NCBI GenBank assembly: GCA_963667015.2
Contig: CAXXJJ010000001.1
Span: 480,001 to 544,000, forward strand
Origin: Desulfatiglandales bacterium
GTDB lineage: Bacteria > Desulfobacterota > DSM-4660 > Desulfatiglandales > HGW-15
Length of the DNA: 64,000 nucleotides
Direction: 5' to 3'
The position numbers and the translations under genes are program-made. Every line of letters starts with the position of its first letter. The first letter of the stretch is position 1. Positions 62,533 through 64,000 of the stretch are shown one piece after another. The notes beneath the pieces are model-generated. The model was not told the origin of the DNA and did not search any database. It worked only from the letters and a program-made list of their open reading frames with translations.

Positions 62533-63360
62533 ATGTCCATTATAATTATTTCATCAGATTCACCGGAGATTGAAAAGAAGACTGCCGGATTGATTGCCGA
62601 ATCCCTTGGTTATGAGGTCCTAGATAGAGAGAGCATTCTTCCCAAAATAGCCGAAAAGCATGGGACTTCCGCTGATGATCTTATCAAAGTCCTTGAAAAA
62701 CGGCCTTCTGTATTCAGATCATCAGTCAGACAGTGGAACCTGCTTCTTTCCTATATACAGGAGGCGACAGTTGAAGAACTTCGGAGAGACAATCTGGTAT
62801 GCCATGGGCTGGCAGCTCATTTATATGTTCTTGGCGTATCCCATGTTTTAAGGGTCAGGATATTGTCAAAGGAGGATGAAAAACTGCGCGAGGTTATGGC
62901 TCATACAGGTATAACAAGGCAGGCAGCCCGGAAACTTCTTGATAAAGAAAAAAAATATCGTTCACGATGGTCTTCGGATCTGTATGATCTGGATGAAACC
63001 GATTCATCAAGGTACGATTTTTCCATAAGCCTGGATAATATTGATCTGGAAGATGCAATTAAAATGATTGAGGAAACAATATCCTACAGGCGTTTCAGGG
63101 CTATGACCTATTCAATAAGATGTATGGAGGATCTTGCCATTGTTTCCAGGGCGCGTGCCATCCTGATAAAACGTTTTCCGGATGTTAGAATTCAGGCCAG
63201 TGGAGGAAGGCTTATAATTTCACTGCTTTCACTTAAAAGAGAAAAAGTGAAAAAGACCAAAATAATAAAGGAAATGACAAATGATATAGAGGGCGTTGAC
63301 TATGTAGAGGTGCATGTTTTTAATGATTATTTTGGTCAGGCAGCAGAAAGCTTCCGGTAA
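62533..63360 (+). CDS. Cytidylate kinase-like paralog with a degenerate P-loop
   Basis: IIIISSDSPEIEK replaces the Gly-rich loop; remainder collinear with 61698. Confidence 0.82.
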   Translation: MSIIIISSDSPEIEKKTAGLIAESLGYEVLDRESILPKIAEKHGTSADDLIKVLEKRPSVFRSSVRQWNLLLSYIQEATVEELRRDNLVCHGLAAHLYVLGVSHVLRVRILSKEDEKLREVMAHTGITRQAARKLLDKEKKYRSRWSSDLYDLDETDSSRYDFSISLDNIDLEDAIKMIEETISYRRFRAMTYSIRCMEDLAIVSRARAILIKRFPDVRIQASGGRLIISLLSLKREKVKKTKIIKEMTNDIEGVDYVEVHVFNDYFGQAAESFR

Positions 63361-63461
63361 TGATTTGTCGGGTAAAAATATAATCCGTTTTTACAGGATT
63401 GAAAAAGTGTTAATATAGTTAATGTCATGGCAGAAACAATAAAAGACAACAGGAGAAAAAA

Positions 63462-63860
63462 ATGAGTGAAAATCTCGAGGTCTTGCTTTTGGATGACGAG
63501 CCAATTGTGGGTAAAAGACTGAAACCGGCCCTTGAAAAGATCGGATGCAGTGTAGAGGTTTTTATAAATCCTCATACTGCGCTTGAGAGAATTGACGAAA
63601 AGTTGTTCGATATAGTAGTAAGTGATATACGCATGGATGATATCGACGGAATACAGGTGCTTGACCATGTTATGAATAAATCGCAACATACTAAAGTCAT
63701 TCTTATTACCGGTTATGCAATGATGTCCCTTGCGCGGGAGGCAATGGAAAAGGGCGCCTTTGATTTTATTGCCAAACCTTTCCAGCCCGATGACCTGAGG
63801 GCGGTTATTGCAAAGGCTGCAAAGGCACTGGGTTCATCTGTAAATTTCGAGAATAATTAA
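63462..63860 (+). CDS. Single-domain response regulator
   Basis: LLDDE, SDIRM, ITGY, KPF. Confidence 0.92.
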   Translation: MSENLEVLLLDDEPIVGKRLKPALEKIGCSVEVFINPHTALERIDEKLFDIVVSDIRMDDIDGIQVLDHVMNKSQHTKVILITGYAMMSLAREAMEKGAFDFIAKPFQPDDLRAVIAKAAKALGSSVNFENN

Positions 63861-63867
63861 GGTCAGA

Positions 63868-64000
63868 ATGCCGATTAAGCCGGAAATATTTGATGAAGAT
63901 AACAGGGCTGTCCCGATATTGCCCCCGCGGGATGATACAGAGAGAACAGAATCTGTTCACGACGCACTCTTAAGAAGGCGTTATTTAAGTGTCAGGCTTC
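63868..64000 (+). CDS. Start of a CDS running off the window
   Basis: Open frame MPIKPEIF... 7 bp after the previous stop. Confidence 0.55.
   Translation, partial: MPIKPEIFDEDNRAVPILPPRDDTERTESVHDALLRRRYLSVRL

Overview
Bacterial chromosomal window, probably Desulfobacterota given its many sigma54 regulators and the gdhA plus PEP/pyruvate-binding gene pair (inference). It has three parts. (1) 1-22 kb is ordinary: tandem sulfatases, thiM, an MtfA-like peptidase, PBP1B, a two-component pair, the gdhA cluster and a sigma54 activator. (2) About 22.2-47.7 kb is an AT-rich integron cassette array on the minus strand, with about 30 attC sites and a probable attI at about 47660. Only a 14-codon 5' stub of intI survives (48295), so the array looks like a CALIN left by integrase loss. 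Cassettes include a broken HicAB, BrnTA, PurN, an HNH protein, an ASCH protein, three RxxxxH (HEPN-like) proteins and two families of repeated ORF-less cassettes. The array has been invaded by two IS21 copies, an IS630 and an attC-inserted IS1111-type IS110 element that itself contains an IS1380. (3) 48-64 kb holds an S24 fragment, an ISAzo13-family IS, a GH3 glycosidase, FMN riboswitch-ribB and a sigma54-controlled USP/SLC13 transporter cluster. The top candidate for an undescribed system is one cassette (40283-41238) carrying a HEPN-motif protein whose stop codon overlaps a 100-nt CCA-ending tRNA-like RNA, with the anticodon loop replaced by a long hairpin. The second is the IS1111-type element, whose 3' non-coding region shows candidate target and donor guides. 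All calls are by eye; no searches were run.
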